From assembly GCA_028534125.1 (NCBI GenBank), contig CM052817.1, forward strand, positions 5,706,001 through 5,770,000: a stretch of 64,000 bases of DNA, given 5' to 3'. The notes beneath the pieces were generated by a model that was not told where the DNA came from, made no database searches, and saw only the letters and a list, made by a program, of their open reading frames with translations. Of the stretch, positions 25,187 through 38,581 are shown piece after piece (the first letter of the stretch is position 1; every line of letters starts with the position of its first letter). The position numbers and the translations under genes are program-made. Source of the DNA: Lama glama (Eukaryota).

Positions 25187-25631
25187 TGTTAGTTTCCTGT
25201 GGCTGCTCTAACAAATCATCATAAACCTGGTGACTTAATACAGTAGATATTTATTCTCTCTCAGGTCTGGAGTCTAGACATCTGAAACAGAGGTGTTGGC
25301 AGGCTTGGTTTTCTCTGGAGTCTGTGAGGGAGGAACCATCCCGTGCCTCTTAACTTGCAGTGTCACCGGCCAACCGTGGTGTTCTTTGGATGGTAGCCAC
25401 ATCACCCCAACCTCTGCCACCTTCACCTTGCCCTCTGTGTGTCTTTCTGTGTCCTCTCCATGTCTTATAAGGACACTAGTCATTGGATTTGAGGCCCACC
25501 CTGAATCTAGGGTGATTTCCTCTTGAGACCCATAACCAATGACATTGGCAAAGACCTTATTTCTAAACAAGATCACATTCTGAGATCCTGAATGGACGTG
25601 AATCTTAGGGGGTCAATATTCCCCCCACTAC
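25187..25631 (-). mobile_element. MLT1-type MaLR solo LTR
   Basis: ttagtttcctgtggctgctctaacaaatcatcataaacctggtgactta ... cttataaggacactagtcattggattt ... aaagaccttatttctaaacaagatcacattctgag. Confidence 0.8.
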
Positions 25632-27277
25632 AGGAGTAAAGAGCACAAACATCGCCAGCCCTCTGATGTCAGGGCACCTGGACACGTGACCCATAAGAGT
25701 CATAACCTCTTGGAGTCTCAGCCTCCTCATGGTCAAGGTAGGAACAAGACGTTCTGCCCAGTGCGCTGGTGTGAGGGCTGGGTGAGACTGCTGGGGAGAA
25801 ATACTCAGCACAGAACCCGGAATGCTGGCTAAACACATGATTGTTCACACTGTCGCCATTGTTGTACGACATTTACTATTGCCCTGAGGGTCCGTGTGGG
25901 AGAAGTGAGTGGCCAGTGCACAATTTGGCCAGTTCACCTGGGTGTGGGTCTCTAGGCAGCCAGAGTTGGTCCTTAACCCTAGAAACTAAACAGGAAAGTG
26001 GTTTGGGCTGGACTGGATGCTCAGGGATCTTCCAGAAAACATGTTAAAATGCCATTCCTGTTGCCTACCCAGTGGCCTGGATGGGGGGAGGGTGGGCCAC
26101 TTGACCATAGAAGAAGGTTCTGAAGTGCAGCTATCCAGCTGCAGAACCCCTAAATCTGGTTCAGCCCCTCACTTCATTGATGGGGAACCCAAGACCCAGA
26201 AAGGAACAAGGACTTGCCAAGATCGATGCAGATTTTGTTAAAGTTCCGGTGAGATTCCAAGAGCATCCACTAAGCATCCTCTTTCTTGAGCCTCACAGTC
26301 CCCCTGGGGGGTCACCTGGGGCACGGAGGTCTGGTGTCTCCTCGTTCTGGCCAAGAATTAGGGCTCGGAAAAGTGACTGATGAAGGGCACATGGTCGGCT
26401 CAAGGTCATTTCACCAAAAGACAACAATGTAAAATCCATTTGTGAATAAGAATAAGAATAAGGTAAAAAGAGAAACCCCGTCTACGGCTGTGTGGGGATC
26501 CCTTTCTCTCTGTGCCTTTGCTCTCCAAACTCTTGCTTCCCAAACACAGGAATCTAATACATTAAGATAAATGTGTTGATGCACCTCTTGCTATCCCAAA
26601 ACCCTGTTGCTTGTGTGTATGCGTCTCTGCAACGAAATGGATTCCGAGAGGAAGGAAGACAACTATTCTTACTGTGGGTACCGATATATTTTATGCTGCT
26701 CAGCTGTGTTTCCTCTTGCCCCAGTAGCCTTCAGCTGTAACAACAGGGGATTAAATTAAAAAAAAGAGGGAAAATGTTCAAAATTCACCTATGCAGGCAA
26801 AATGAAGAGTAAGACAGAAATCAATTAAAGGCGTTAAAACCATTCTATTCCACACCAAATTCTGTACATTCTTGATAGATGATTAAAAGAGATAAGATAA
26901 ATTCAGCAAATTATTTTTCTCTGTGACTTGGCTTTCAGCAATCTGACCACTCAGGGAGTTGACTTTTGATGAATTAACTTTCAGTAAATGGCTTTGCCTT
27001 CTACATGGCCAGTTGGTGGAGGGGGCGGATGTTTGGGTCATATGCTGAGGCCTTCAAAATAATTAAGGTCTTTGACATTTCCCTGTAGTCTGCCTTCACC
27101 ATTGCAATTTGTCTTCTCATCAAACGCTCTTCAAATTACCCCCGTGGAGTGTGTCATACATTCTCAGCGGGGACCCTTGCAATCGGGAAGAACATATCTG
27201 ACTCTGTGTTGGATCTATTTCTTTCACTCTAACCTTTGTCTTCTATTGCTTTTGCTACAAGTTCATCCCTAAAGGGA

Positions 27278-27520
27278 TGTTGCCTATGAGATCAACTTAT
27301 ACATAGTGGCCCATCTCTGGGAACCCTGGCTCCCAGGTAATGAGCATTAAGCTAAAATACCTTTGTTTAGCTCCCAGAAAACACCCTGACCAGGCCCACC
27401 TGTGACTGGCCGCAGGCAGGAAGAAATGAACACATCCCCTCTGGAGGCTGATGGGAACCAGGAAATGTTTGATTTTACTCCTTCTGCTTTTAATATAAAA
27501 GAAGCCTGGATTCTAACTCT
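27278..27520 (+). mobile_element. ERV LTR fragment
   Basis: Starts tgttgcctatgagatcaacttatac; U3-like text with a tataaaagaagcc TATA-like end; family uncertain. Confidence 0.45.
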
Positions 27521-30500
27521 GCCTTATCTTGGTAGCCTGTTGTAGATCTTAAGAACTCAGGCTTTGGAGCCACACTAACCTGAACTGGAATCTTAGCTCC
27601 CCTGCTCATCAGCTGTGTGACTCTTGGTAAACACTTAACCTCTCTGAGCCTCAACTTCTCACCCAGACTCCTTCCCCGATGATGATAGATTACGTCCTCT
27701 TCTTTTTCTTTGCTTAGAAACTGCCTCTAATCCTGGGCTCTGAGCTCCTAGCTGGGACGTTTCTTGTTCCTGTTTGCCCTCCTGGGACGAAGGAACCCCT
27801 TGTACTAACTTAACGAACTTACATCTTTATCTACATTATTCTCAACTGGGGTGAAAATTAGTTCTTGGGGGTGGGTCTGGTGACAGAACATCTTAACTAT
27901 CACAGTGGCTTGTGGTGCTTCAAAGCTCAGTCTTACCTGGCCCAATCATTTCTTAGTATATAATTTCTCTTATTAGGGAGAAATTAATTGCAGTTAAAAT
28001 TAGTCTATCCTGTGCCTGTTCAGGCTTGCATGGGTGGCGGCCCCTGCTGCTCTTTTATGCTTCAGGCATCTCCATCTTTTCTATCCGACCCCTTCACCCC
28101 TCCACACGTCTGGAAATAGGTCATTCATGCGGTTCCCTTTACAATCCCAGCTGCGAGTATCTTTATGCTGGACCTCGACCTGATTTCAAACTCACACAAT
28201 AGTTTAGCGTTTGCAGGGTGGTCTGCGAAAGGTCTCCTAAGTCCTCTCCCCAGATCCCACGTGGTCATGGACGTGGGGGTCGGGTCTCCTGCCGTGGACG
28301 GGGACTGCGAAGAATGCACGCTAGCAACGCAGCAGTTAAACCTCCCCTTTGTATAAATTCCTTTTAGAGGTACAGATGTGTTCCGAACAACGACTGCTAT
28401 ATTTTTTTTAGCCTGGATGTGTGAGACATTCCCATTTACTGTCATTAAACAACTTTTTCAAAGATTAGGACCATTTGCCGACTGGGTGTCAGGACAGATC
28501 TCTTGATTTATGGCTCTGCTCATTTTACTGAATATGTACTGAATTCTTCTCCCCAGTCATCTCTGCTTGGCCAGGGAAGTGAGAAATTAACTTACACACT
28601 CTGCTTTGCACATCGTTCCTGACCTCTGGGTGGAAATGAATCATTTGATTTGACCCCCATCTAAACTGGGGGCTACTTAGTGCAACTGGGTGAAGGGCAA
28701 GGATGGAGTTGTTCTCTCATTGACTCATTTGTTCATTTGTTCATTCAACAAACAGAAATGTCTGGGTGCCTATATCTGCCGGGCACCGTGCTGGGCTCAC
28801 GGCTTTGGGGGAACCTCTCTTCCAAGCGGGGCCTGGCCTTCTGCCCTGACCCCTGCCTGGCCGGGCAGCTGGGGCCTTGCTGTCTGCTGACTGAGCTCCC
28901 TCCTGGGACAGCATCACCTGAGGGACAGGACTCTCCCACCGGGCCTGGTGTCCCCGTGCTGTGGGGCTCGAAGGCAGACGTAGCTGCGGCTGACTCTGGA
29001 CTCCACCCACCCTTGCCAGCAGATCCAGCCTTGCAGCCCGGAGAGAATTAAAAGGGATCATGTCTAAGCAGCATTTGTACAAATACCGGCCACTTGCCAT
29101 CCCTGCTTCCCTCTTCCATCTTTCCCTCTCCTGCCCTCTGGGAAATCCACTGGACAGGAGTCATCCATTTCCAGGTCTGCCTCCCACTGGCTGCTCCAGG
29201 GCAGGAAGGGGACATTTTCCATCTCCTCGTCCTGGATGGGGTGGGCGCGGGGCTGGTGTTCAGTTTACGTCGAGCAGCTGTGTGGTTTTGGATCTCCTTC
29301 ACTTGATCTTTTCCTATCTTGCCGCCCCCGACCCTCCTCCTGCATCTGCTTGGCTCGGCCTCTCCCACCTCCGGGTCTCCCCGGGCTCCCATCGGGGCAA
29401 ACTTTCAAAGGGCGGTCCCAGAGCCTGGCCGGCACTCCCACAGTGCCTGCAGGAGGGCCCCCCTCGGGGTCAGCCTTGGCCAGTGGTCGAGCAGTTGGAG
29501 GGTACAGCCCCTCCTCCACCCCTCAGGGGACCTCTGTGGCCAGTGCATCGAGGGCTCCGCGGTGCCGAGGCCACAGGGGGGTAAGATGTCCGCGGTGGAC
29601 ATCTGCCCTTGCGGCTGCTCTGCCGCGGGGGCGGGGACACCGTCTGTCTCGCTCTCTGTTATCTCCAATCCTGGCCCAGAGCCTGGCAAGGAGCTACAAT
29701 AAGAAATACATGTTTGGTCTCCCTCCCGGGTTCCTGGCGGAGGGCATGGAGCGCCTCAAACCCTTGGAAGTTCCTGAGTGATAGGAGCGTCTCCTTGTTC
29801 CTACGGAGCCCCTGACACCACGCCAGAGTTTATGCTGAGAAGGTGACTCATGTGGCCCTTAGACAGTTTCCAAGGAGAAGCTGGCCTTGCTGACAAGGCT
29901 GGAGATTTCAGCTCAACCCTCCTACCTCCACAGAGGCGGAGTTCAGTCCCCTCTGGCCAGTGGCTGAGTCGATCATGCCTGTGTGGTGAAACCTCTGCAG
30001 AAATTCCTACGTGGTGGAGTCGGGGTGCTTGCAGGCTGGTGAGCACTGCGAGGGGCTGGGAAGGTGGGGGCCCGGGACGGGGCCCGGAAGCTCCACACTC
30101 ACTCCCTGTACCTCGCCCTGGGCGTCTCTCCCATTTCCTGAGTTGTGTCCTTTATATAAGCTGTAGTTGTAGGCAGAGCATGTTCCAGAGTCCTGGGAGG
30201 CATTCTAGCAAAGCACTGAACCCGAGGGGGCGGGTCCTGGGAAGCCCTGCGCTGCAGTCAGTCAGGAGGAGATGCGGTCCCCCGGGGACCCCGGCTGCAG
30301 CTGGCGTGCGAAGCGGGGGAGTCCTGCGGGACTGAGCCCTGGTCTTGTGGGTCTGTGTTCGCTCTGGGCAGATGGCATGAGGACTGAATCGAATGGCTGG
30401 ATGCCCAGCTTGGCGTGAGAGACGTGGAGAATTGGTGTGGGGAAAAATGACACAGAAGACACCACACGTCACACCGTAGGGACTTGCTGAGTGACTGTCG

Positions 30501-31832
30501 AATAAATACGTGAGAAATACAATCACTTCCTGAGTGCTAGCCAGTTGCCAGGCTCTGTGTCTGGTGCCTGGAGCACAGAAGGGATGGAGACGAGGTCCCT
30601 GCTTTTGCAACACTCCTGATGTTAGATGGGACTGAGCAGCCACGGCCTCTGCAGTACGGGGTGAAGAGAGTGAGACCAGCAGCAAATCTCGGGGCGGAGG
30701 GAGCACGGAGGAGGGGCTGTCTAGTTCTAAGAAAGGTTCAAGGGTCAGTGTGTGCTGACTTTTTAAAGCTGAGAAGCCATTCCTCAAATGGATGATAAGG
30801 TGGGGGAACAGATGTGCAAAGGCTGGACTTCTGCAAGCATGGGTGGCCAGTGGGGCAGCTGCAGGCACCTCCGTGTGGCCGGGAAGCAGGGAGAACGTGT
30901 GGTGTGGGGAGAGGGTCGGGGTGGGCAAGAGGGGCAGGTGGGGCAGAGATCCTGATGGTCCCCGCAGAGGTCAGTACATGTGGGCAGTCTTTCCAGATTA
31001 AGTCCATGTGACAGATAGAGGTGTCCCCTGTTCTGCTCCCTGGGCACTTGGCATCTCCTCCCTCAGGACTGCGCGAGCCCCTGGAGCATTCAGACCCCAA
31101 TGTGCACCTTTATAAGAGCTGAGATCAAACTCCACCCTGTTGCGTGGACCAGGGTGTGTCCGTCCTTCCCAGCCACTCAAACTGCGCTTAGAGGGCTTAA
31201 CTTCGTGCCGCACAGAGCCAGCCGTCATAAGATTTTTCAGACTGTAACTGACAGGCTTTGGGACGATCTCCTTTCCCTTGAAGTTAAGTTCTTTCATCTG
31301 CCTCATTCATTAGGCTTCTCTGCCACTGCCTGGGGGTTATGCACACGAATAAAATATGTGGTAGGAAACTGCCTTTCTGGTTTTCTTTCTTTGCCTCACC
31401 TAATTCCAGCTCCCTGTCAAGTCTCCTTGAGTTGATCTGCTCGCCACAGACGCTGCCTCAGGCTAACTTAAAGCTTCCCTCCTGGGAGGTCGAGCCTTTT
31501 CATTCAATCCTGGAGGGGCGCCCCCCACCGGGAAACCCTCGGCCACTTATCTCCTAGTGTCTGCCAGCCAGTCTCCTAGGGTGGCTCCTCTTGGGATCTG
31601 CTCCTTCCTGTCCACTTAGGAAGATGCAAGGTGATCTCACAACCCAAATGGCAGCTCCCCTCGGACAGGTCATTGTCCTGGGGGCTTAAGCTGTGTGCCG
31701 TCAGTGTGAGTCCATGCGAAGCTTCTAAACCCTGGTTGATCTCATGGCTACAGTAGTGGAGGGGGCGGGGCCCAGCTGCGGGGTGAACACAGGGGGTTTG
31801 GGGAGCAGAGGGCAAGGACGGACAGCTGATTT

Positions 31833-32458
31833 TGTTAGAGCAGGTAGACAACTAGATATAAGCGAAGAAAGGAGGACAAAGGCCAAATGGCAGGAACTGG
31901 GCAGAAAGGAGGGGCACGGGCCAAATGCAGGAAACCCTTTATCATGTAAAAACGGGTCGCTGGGCAGAGAAAGAAAAGCAGGAATCTCTGGGCTGATAAG
32001 TGGTCACACATTTTGGGGTGACAAGTGCCCTGGAGGCCGACAAAGAAAGGTGGGAAAGGGCAAGAATCTCCAGTGTCTGAAGTAACCTTTTGCTCATTAT
32101 GCCCTCATTTCAATAAAATTAGCCTTGCAGATTGGAAGTACCCATCATGCACCGACACCAAGACACTTCAGATCCAGACTAAATAACAAACCCCTTCGGG
32201 AAGGTGGAGTTAGGATGAAAATCAGGGAACATGACCCCAGACCCTTTCCTCCCCAGTGACTATCCCACCCATTCATTTTCACACCCTAAGTAACCAACTC
32301 GCCAAAGAAACTCAGGGCAGATGCTCACCTGAGCCCGCCCGCTCTCCCCTTGAGAGTGTACTGTCTACCCTTTAATATAATCCTCACTTTACTTTAACCT
32401 CCTCTTCTCGTCTCTGAATTCTTTCTGCAGCAAGACAAGAACCGCGTCCACGGCAATA
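31833..32458 (+). mobile_element. ERV1 solo LTR (MER50/MER4-group-like), 626 bp, 4-bp TSD ATTT
   Basis: Begins TGTTAGAGCAGGTAG and ends ...CACGGCAATA. ATTT at 31829-31832 and 32459-32462. Internal ccttgagagtgtact and ctgaattctttctg...agacaagaacc U5-like text. Confidence 0.75.
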
Positions 32459-33039
32459 ATTTGAGCCTGGGGGCCAGGTGGACCTTCCCTTGGGGAGCCT
32501 CTCAGACACTGATGGGGAGCTGGGTCTGAAGTGCCAGGCACTCAGCACACAGTGTGGTTATGAGACAGCAGTGCTTGCAAACACCGGGAGAGAAACAAGA
32601 TCATCACAAGGAGAGTGAGGGTTTGAGGAAAAGCACAGAAGGCAGAGCTTTGTGGTTTCGGTCAGGGAAGCACTTCTGGTGGGTTTGTGGGTGAGTCCAG
32701 TTTGCATTCTTTGTGTAACTGGTTTGTGCCCTCCCATCCGCTTCCCAGATCCACTCTTCTCACTGCAAATCTGCCCCGTGAAGTTCATGCTTAAAATCTC
32801 CCCCAACAGACCTCTCTGGAGCTCAGGATAAAATCGCAAATCTTAGTATGATGCCCCAGGCTCCCTGGACTGGCTCCAGACTCGTCCTCTGTGCCGTGTC
32901 CCACCCGAGCTCGCCGGCGCCACCCCAGAGGTGCCACTGAGCTGGAGTCTGCTGAGGCCTGAATCAGCATTCACTGTCAGTCTCTAAGCCACCCTGGGGG
33001 ATTGTAAAGTTTTCAGCCAAGGTTGAAAAACACGGCTCT

Positions 33040-33210
33040 AGCCCAGGGATTTCCAAATTTGGCTGCAGGCTGGAATCACACGTGCGTGTTAGAAACTGTG
33101 GGACCTGGTCCCACCCGAGACCAGGGTTTGGTTGGCTGTGGAGGCAGCCTGGGCATTCGGAATTTTAGAAGCTCCCCAGGTGATCAGCACTGTTTGGGGA
33201 CCACTGCTCT
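33040..33210. mobile_element. MER5A-like hAT DNA transposon
   Basis: cagggatttccaaatttggctgcaggctggaatcac ... gctccccaggtgat ... tttggggaccactgctct. Confidence 0.6.
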
Positions 33211-33364
33211 GGTCCAGCTGGGTCACTGGTGTTTCCTTTGCCATTAACTTCCTTTTACATTCTGGCATTTTTGTTGGCTGGTCCTGCTGTGTGGAAATTC
33301 ATCTTTCTTTCCCTCTTAAACTAGCTCACTCTCCTTCTTCCAAATGTCAGAATGGAGGGACTCT

Positions 33365-33560
33365 AGAGAGGGTGGCGAACTTTTTCTGAAAAAGCTCAGA
33401 AAGGAAATAGATCAGGGTTATTTTTGGCCACCACGTCTGGTCTCTGTCACACATTCTTCCTGTTTTCCTTTTAAGTTGTAAAAGCCATTTGTTGCTCGTG
33501 GGTCATACATGAAAGGCCATGGGCAAGAATTGGCTTACAGGCCCTAGTTCGCTGATGTTG
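33365..33560. mobile_element. MER58-like hAT DNA transposon
   Basis: gagggtggcgaactttttctgaaaaag ... gtctctgtcaca ... tagttcgctga. Confidence 0.5.
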
Positions 33561-36500
33561 GACTTTTTGTCAGCTAGTGAGTTCCCCATCAATGGAAGCA
33601 ATCAAGTCATGGTTGGAGGACTTCCTGGCAGGGGAACCATCGATGAGACTTAAGTGTCCAATGAATAACTGGACTGAAAACCTTTCTGTTCTGTCATGAA
33701 CTTGGGATGTCTTAGTTCTAATTCGTCCCAGCTCCCGGGCATAATTCCTCATCTGCCAAAGGATCTTGGATGTCCCCCACCAGCTTTGAAATTGTTCCCA
33801 TGTGCTGCTCTGCCCCAGTTCATTGTGAAGCTCTGCGCATGTCAGCTCAGCCTTTGCGTCAATACCGAGTGCTATGATTTAGAAAGTATCTGAGTTTAAG
33901 AGATGAAGAAGAAGGACCCACCCTGACCTCGGTGTGCAGATAGTATCTGAAGCAGGAACAGCTGGAAACCATGAAAATCAAACTGCTCTAAATTGACCTT
34001 CAGCCCTGGAGATCTGACAACTACATACGAATGGCAGAATTCTACCTTTCTGTGTAGACACATACAGGACTGATTCACATCGACCCAGAGTAGACGCAGC
34101 CTAAGCAGATAAAGACAGAAGCTTCCCCTCTTAACCTCAATTCTCTGTGTCGGCCTTGCAGGTCAATTCAAAAGGGGCTAATTGCACCACCTTTTAGCAA
34201 ACAGCCGATGAGTTTTGACCATGTGCACAGATCAGAGTGAAGACGGCAGGCTAAGATGGTGTAGGTTCAAATCCAGCCCTTGCCTCTTAGCTGCATGATT
34301 TGGGGAAAATTACTTAATGTGTTCTTTGGGTTTTTTCATTTATAAAATGGGAATAAAATTAGTTTGGGAAGGAAAGCTATCACAGCTTACCTATAATTCA
34401 TCTTTAATCACCTGGGATAGGGAGGGGGGAAAAAATAACCTGGTCCATTCTGTTCGTAAGCTTGCTAAACCATCCTTGTAATGGCATTTTCTGGCAGAAA
34501 GATAAGAGAGAGTCCTTATGTGCAAAATGCTTCTTAGTAGGCTATCCCTGGTCTATTTAGAATGGAATGTGTAGCTATGGGGACAGTCCACTGGAAAATG
34601 CCAGTGTCAGCTGTGTAATTATCCAAGTATGAAATGAAGATGCTTTATGAATAAAATAGTTCCTGTGTATAAGTGTATTCCCTGCATGTTTTATTTAGAG
34701 ACCTTGTAAGTTTAACTTGGACTGGAATGCCCTCTAACGTGCAAGGAAGAATCTGGGGAGTTGCACTGATGGTTTTAGACTTCACCTGTGCTTTATCATG
34801 AGCGGTGTCCTGAGAATTATCAGTAAAGTTTGATTCCGAAAACGTGTCTGCTTATTGTGATTTTATTTTGACAATTGGACTCTGGGGTGTGTTCATATAG
34901 TTATTTTTACAAGAATTAAAGCACTTAGAACATGGCCTGGTACATGTTAAGTGCTCGATAAATGTTATTATCAGAAACTGGTGTGAAGACTAGATCAGGG
35001 GCCAGAGGAAATGTGTTGAAAATATTCAGAGCTGTGCATGGATGTGAATTCTCATCCTCTGCAATGGGTAAAAAAGCACAGGGTTTTAAAGAATCTGGGT
35101 TCAAATCTTGACTCCAACACTTACCAGCAGTTTTATGTTGGGGACTTTGTAACCTCTCTGGCCTTCAGTTTCCTCATTTGTCAATGAGGGTGGTTAATTC
35201 TAGTTTCAAGAGTAACGTGCAGAGTAGGGGTGATGTGTAAGGCATCCAGCACCGGCACAACCAAGAAGGGTTAATGCCCGAACACCATTACCGGTGTGGC
35301 AAGGGCAGGGCAAAGGGCAGGGTGGGGCCAGGGAGGACCCTAGTCACTGTCTCTGGGTTTAACCAAATCACTTGTGGTAACCTGCCCTGCCTCCTTCTTA
35401 GAACAGCCCGGCAGTGACAGCGCCTGTCCTGGGCCCTTCTGAGCTCTCTGGTCATTATGAGCATCCACAAGTCCTTCTAGGTCTTGGGCCAGAACTGGCA
35501 CTTTGGGGGAACTGGTGTTTCAGGTACAGGCCATGCTCACAGCAGAGATTCCTGGCTGCCCGAATTATCTGTGATGCACCTTTCACAGCACAAAGCTCTT
35601 GCTGGTGAGCAGCTGCTCAGCAGGGCCGCCATTTCCAAGCCCCTATGCCTCTAAGTCTGGCCCTGTGACTTGTTCTCACCACTGGAATATGAGTGGAAGA
35701 GATGGGGTTACTCTGGGTCAAGGTTCTTAAGAGGCTTCCTCCACGTGCATTTTCCTCTCCTGCCTACTGGATGCAATGGACAGTGTAGCCCCAGGACTGG
35801 TAGAGCCACAGCACCGACGGAGCCTGGGTCCAAGCCACCCACCTACCAGGGACACTGGCTGTGGATGGTTACACGGATGAATGGGTGAGTTTCACTGTGG
35901 GAGCTGTGGCCATTGGGACCTATTTGTTAGGCAGCTAGCATTACACTGACCAATACACCGATGTTAACATGACTCAGAATTCCAACCCCATCCGTCAGGC
36001 AGTTGAAGTGCACTGCTCAAGAATGCATTATTAAGGATCATTTTGCTAAGTCAGTGACCTAGGGACTGCTTTTTAAGTTAATAAGGCTGGGTTAAAAGCA
36101 ACGAGACCATTCTTTTTGTCTGTGGTTAAGGTGTTGTTGGGCCGTATAGCAGGTGTGCCGTCTATTTGTTGTAGAGATGAGAAAGTGGTCGGACGTTTCC
36201 AACAACAGTACATACTCTCAGTTTGGGCTTTGAGGTTTAAAAATCTAGTTCTATTTTATCTTTTCCCCCACTCCCAGTTTAGCACAGAGCAGGTGCTCAA
36301 TAAATGCTTGTGTAATTTATTTGAATAGAATTAAACCTTACATCTGTTCTTTCTCTAATGAAGAATTTTGGTATCAGCTTAGCTAATCCTTTCAGTACAT
36401 GCAGTTGGCTAATGCCTCCTCCATATTTCCACTGACATCATGAAACCCAGCCGCCTCTTCCTGAGGAACTTCAGGGATATGGCAGAACTGTGGCCTCTGC

Positions 36501-36694
36501 CAGCGGGAACAGCACTGTCACACCTGCTCCCAAAGCCTGCATCCCTCCTTCCTGGCTCCTTACTCACTTCTGTCACCCATTCCTTAATGTTTCTGGAATA
36601 CTTGCTAGGTTCTCAGGATAAGATAAGGAACCACACACAAGGCCCTTTCGTGGGGCTTATATTCTAGTTGGGGGGAGACACATGAAACCTGGCC

Positions 36695-36899
36695 TCTGTG
36701 GACCACCGCCCACAGGCCACATCTGGCCCTCCACCTGCTCATGTGAATAAAGTTTTATTGGGACACAGCATGTACCCTTCCTCTACACTGTCTGGGGCTG
36801 CTCTTGCACTGCAGAGCTGCATCGTTGTGACTGAGGCTGTGTGGCCTGTAAAATATTTACTATTGTGCCCTTTACAGAAAACAGTCTGTCAATCCCTGT
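36695..36899. mobile_element. MER58A-like hAT DNA transposon
   Basis: caggccacatctggccc, aataaagttttattgggacacagc, aaaatatttactattgtgccctttacagaaaacagtctgtcaatccctg. Confidence 0.75.
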
Positions 36900-37398
36900 G
36901 TTAAACAAATGAGCAGACCGTGAGCTGATGAGGCCGGGAAAGATGCTGGGAAGGAAGTGAACCGAGATGATGTGACGGACAGTATGTGTGCAGGTAGAGC
37001 ATGTGGGTGCACAGTGTGGTGTGCATACCTGTGTGTCTGTGAGTATTTGTGTCCAGTGGTGTGTGTGTGCCCATGTATTTTAGATGTAGTGGTCGGGAGA
37101 CGTCTCACTGGGCAGGTGTCATCTCAGCCTAGAAACCCTGTGAGCACAGAGACTGCCCCTCTGGGTCTGCACCCCAGTGTCCCCAGGCCTCGCCCAGCGC
37201 CACTGGCCGCCCAGCTCCAGGGGCATCGCTGTGAATGCTGCCCATGGTGGGGGAGCACGTGGGGGCCGCGTGGGGCTGAACACCTCCCCTCCGTGAACCT
37301 CCTTCACCTGCAACGTGTGCTCCTCGCTCGTCCTCCTGTCCATTAGCTGCCCCGCCTGGAAGGTGCCTTCCCCTTCCTCCAGCCGTCTCATCATGGCA

Positions 37399-37403
<5 letters not shown>

Positions 37404-37438
<35 letters not shown>

Positions 37439-37440
37439 TG
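37404..37440. repeat. (TG)n microsatellite
   Basis: Directly visible. Confidence 0.95.
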
Positions 37441-38505
37441 CATGTGCACGCGCGTGAGTGCCTGGTGCCTCCCCCCAGTCATTCCACAGCCCATTCCACC
37501 ATCTCATTATGACATTCTGTGGTCCCAGGTAGGGATGGGACATGAAACACGGTGGCCCCTGAAAATCAGCAGCACAAAAGGAGAGAGAGAAATTTAGCTC
37601 CATTTGTTCTAATAGAAACTTAGTGTCGTTTTCATCAACATAGGAACCAGGGCAGAGACGCAGCGTGGCAGCCCCTCCCGGAGAGGTCTGTACAACAGAC
37701 CTCCCTGAACCACCTTCCTGGTCCCACCGTGGCCTGTGATGGGCCCTGGTGGGACACAGACCCAGAGCCAGCGGAGGGCAGGGCCCTCGGTCCCACCCAC
37801 CCTGGCCATTTGACAGATAAGGAGACTGAGGCCCCAGGAGAGGAGAGGATGTTCCTACTAGGAAAGTGGCAGAGCTGGGACTGAAGATGGGTCCTGGGTA
37901 AACTGAGGCTCAGAAGACTCCACATTTACACAGGTGTAAGTGGGTGATGAGGGACCTGGGGGTCGACAAGTCCATCACTCCTCGCTGTGTGCAAGGAGGT
38001 GCCCATCTCTGCCTCCTCCTGAGCTACCAGGAGCCTTAAAGGAGTGAGCACACAACAAGCACTTGGCACACACCAGGACACGTGTACACACGTGTACACA
38101 CAAGCACAGCACACAGGCAATGACCAGTGCGTCTCGGACATCGTCATCGTCTCATCCCTGTATCTCCCACACTAAGCTGGAGCTTCTTCGTGGGCGCAGA
38201 CTGTGACCGAGTAGCTTTGATTCACCCCAGACCAGTGTATCCAGCTCACAGCTCTCGCAGCGGCTCCCAGCTGCTGGGCTGTCATACGCTATTGTCTGTG
38301 CATCTTTGGGGAGCCCGTTACCCATCCATTGGTGGGATGGAAATGAAGGCAGTCACTGCATTTAAACAGGTGGACTCTCTTCCCCCTCCATCCTCAGTGG
38401 CCCTCGCCCCTCCCTGGACCCCAAGGAGTCATCTGAACTGAGACACCCACCCTGGTGGCGCCGTGAGTCCCTGGGCCAGCCAGTGAGGAAGGAGGGACGC
38501 CTTAC

Positions 38506-38581
38506 CTGGCCCACTGCAGAAGGAGGCGATGATGGCCAGAACGCACACGATACTCAGGTAGGGGATCTAGGGAGCGTGGTC
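38506..38581 (-). pseudogene. SLC2A9: SLC2A9 exon ~10, 76 bp, with an in-frame TAG at 38567-38569
   Basis: cacag|GAC CAC GCT CCC TAG ATC CCC TAC...GGG CCA G|gtaagg = [24 protein letters not shown](G), versus human [25 protein letters not shown](G). Confidence 0.93.

Noticed and set aside
29060..30928. Cluster of overlapping 120-258 aa ORFs in a GC/CpG-enriched intronic patch
   Set aside because: ORFs occur in several frames on both strands with no protein-family signal, and I have no evidence for a promoter or nested gene.
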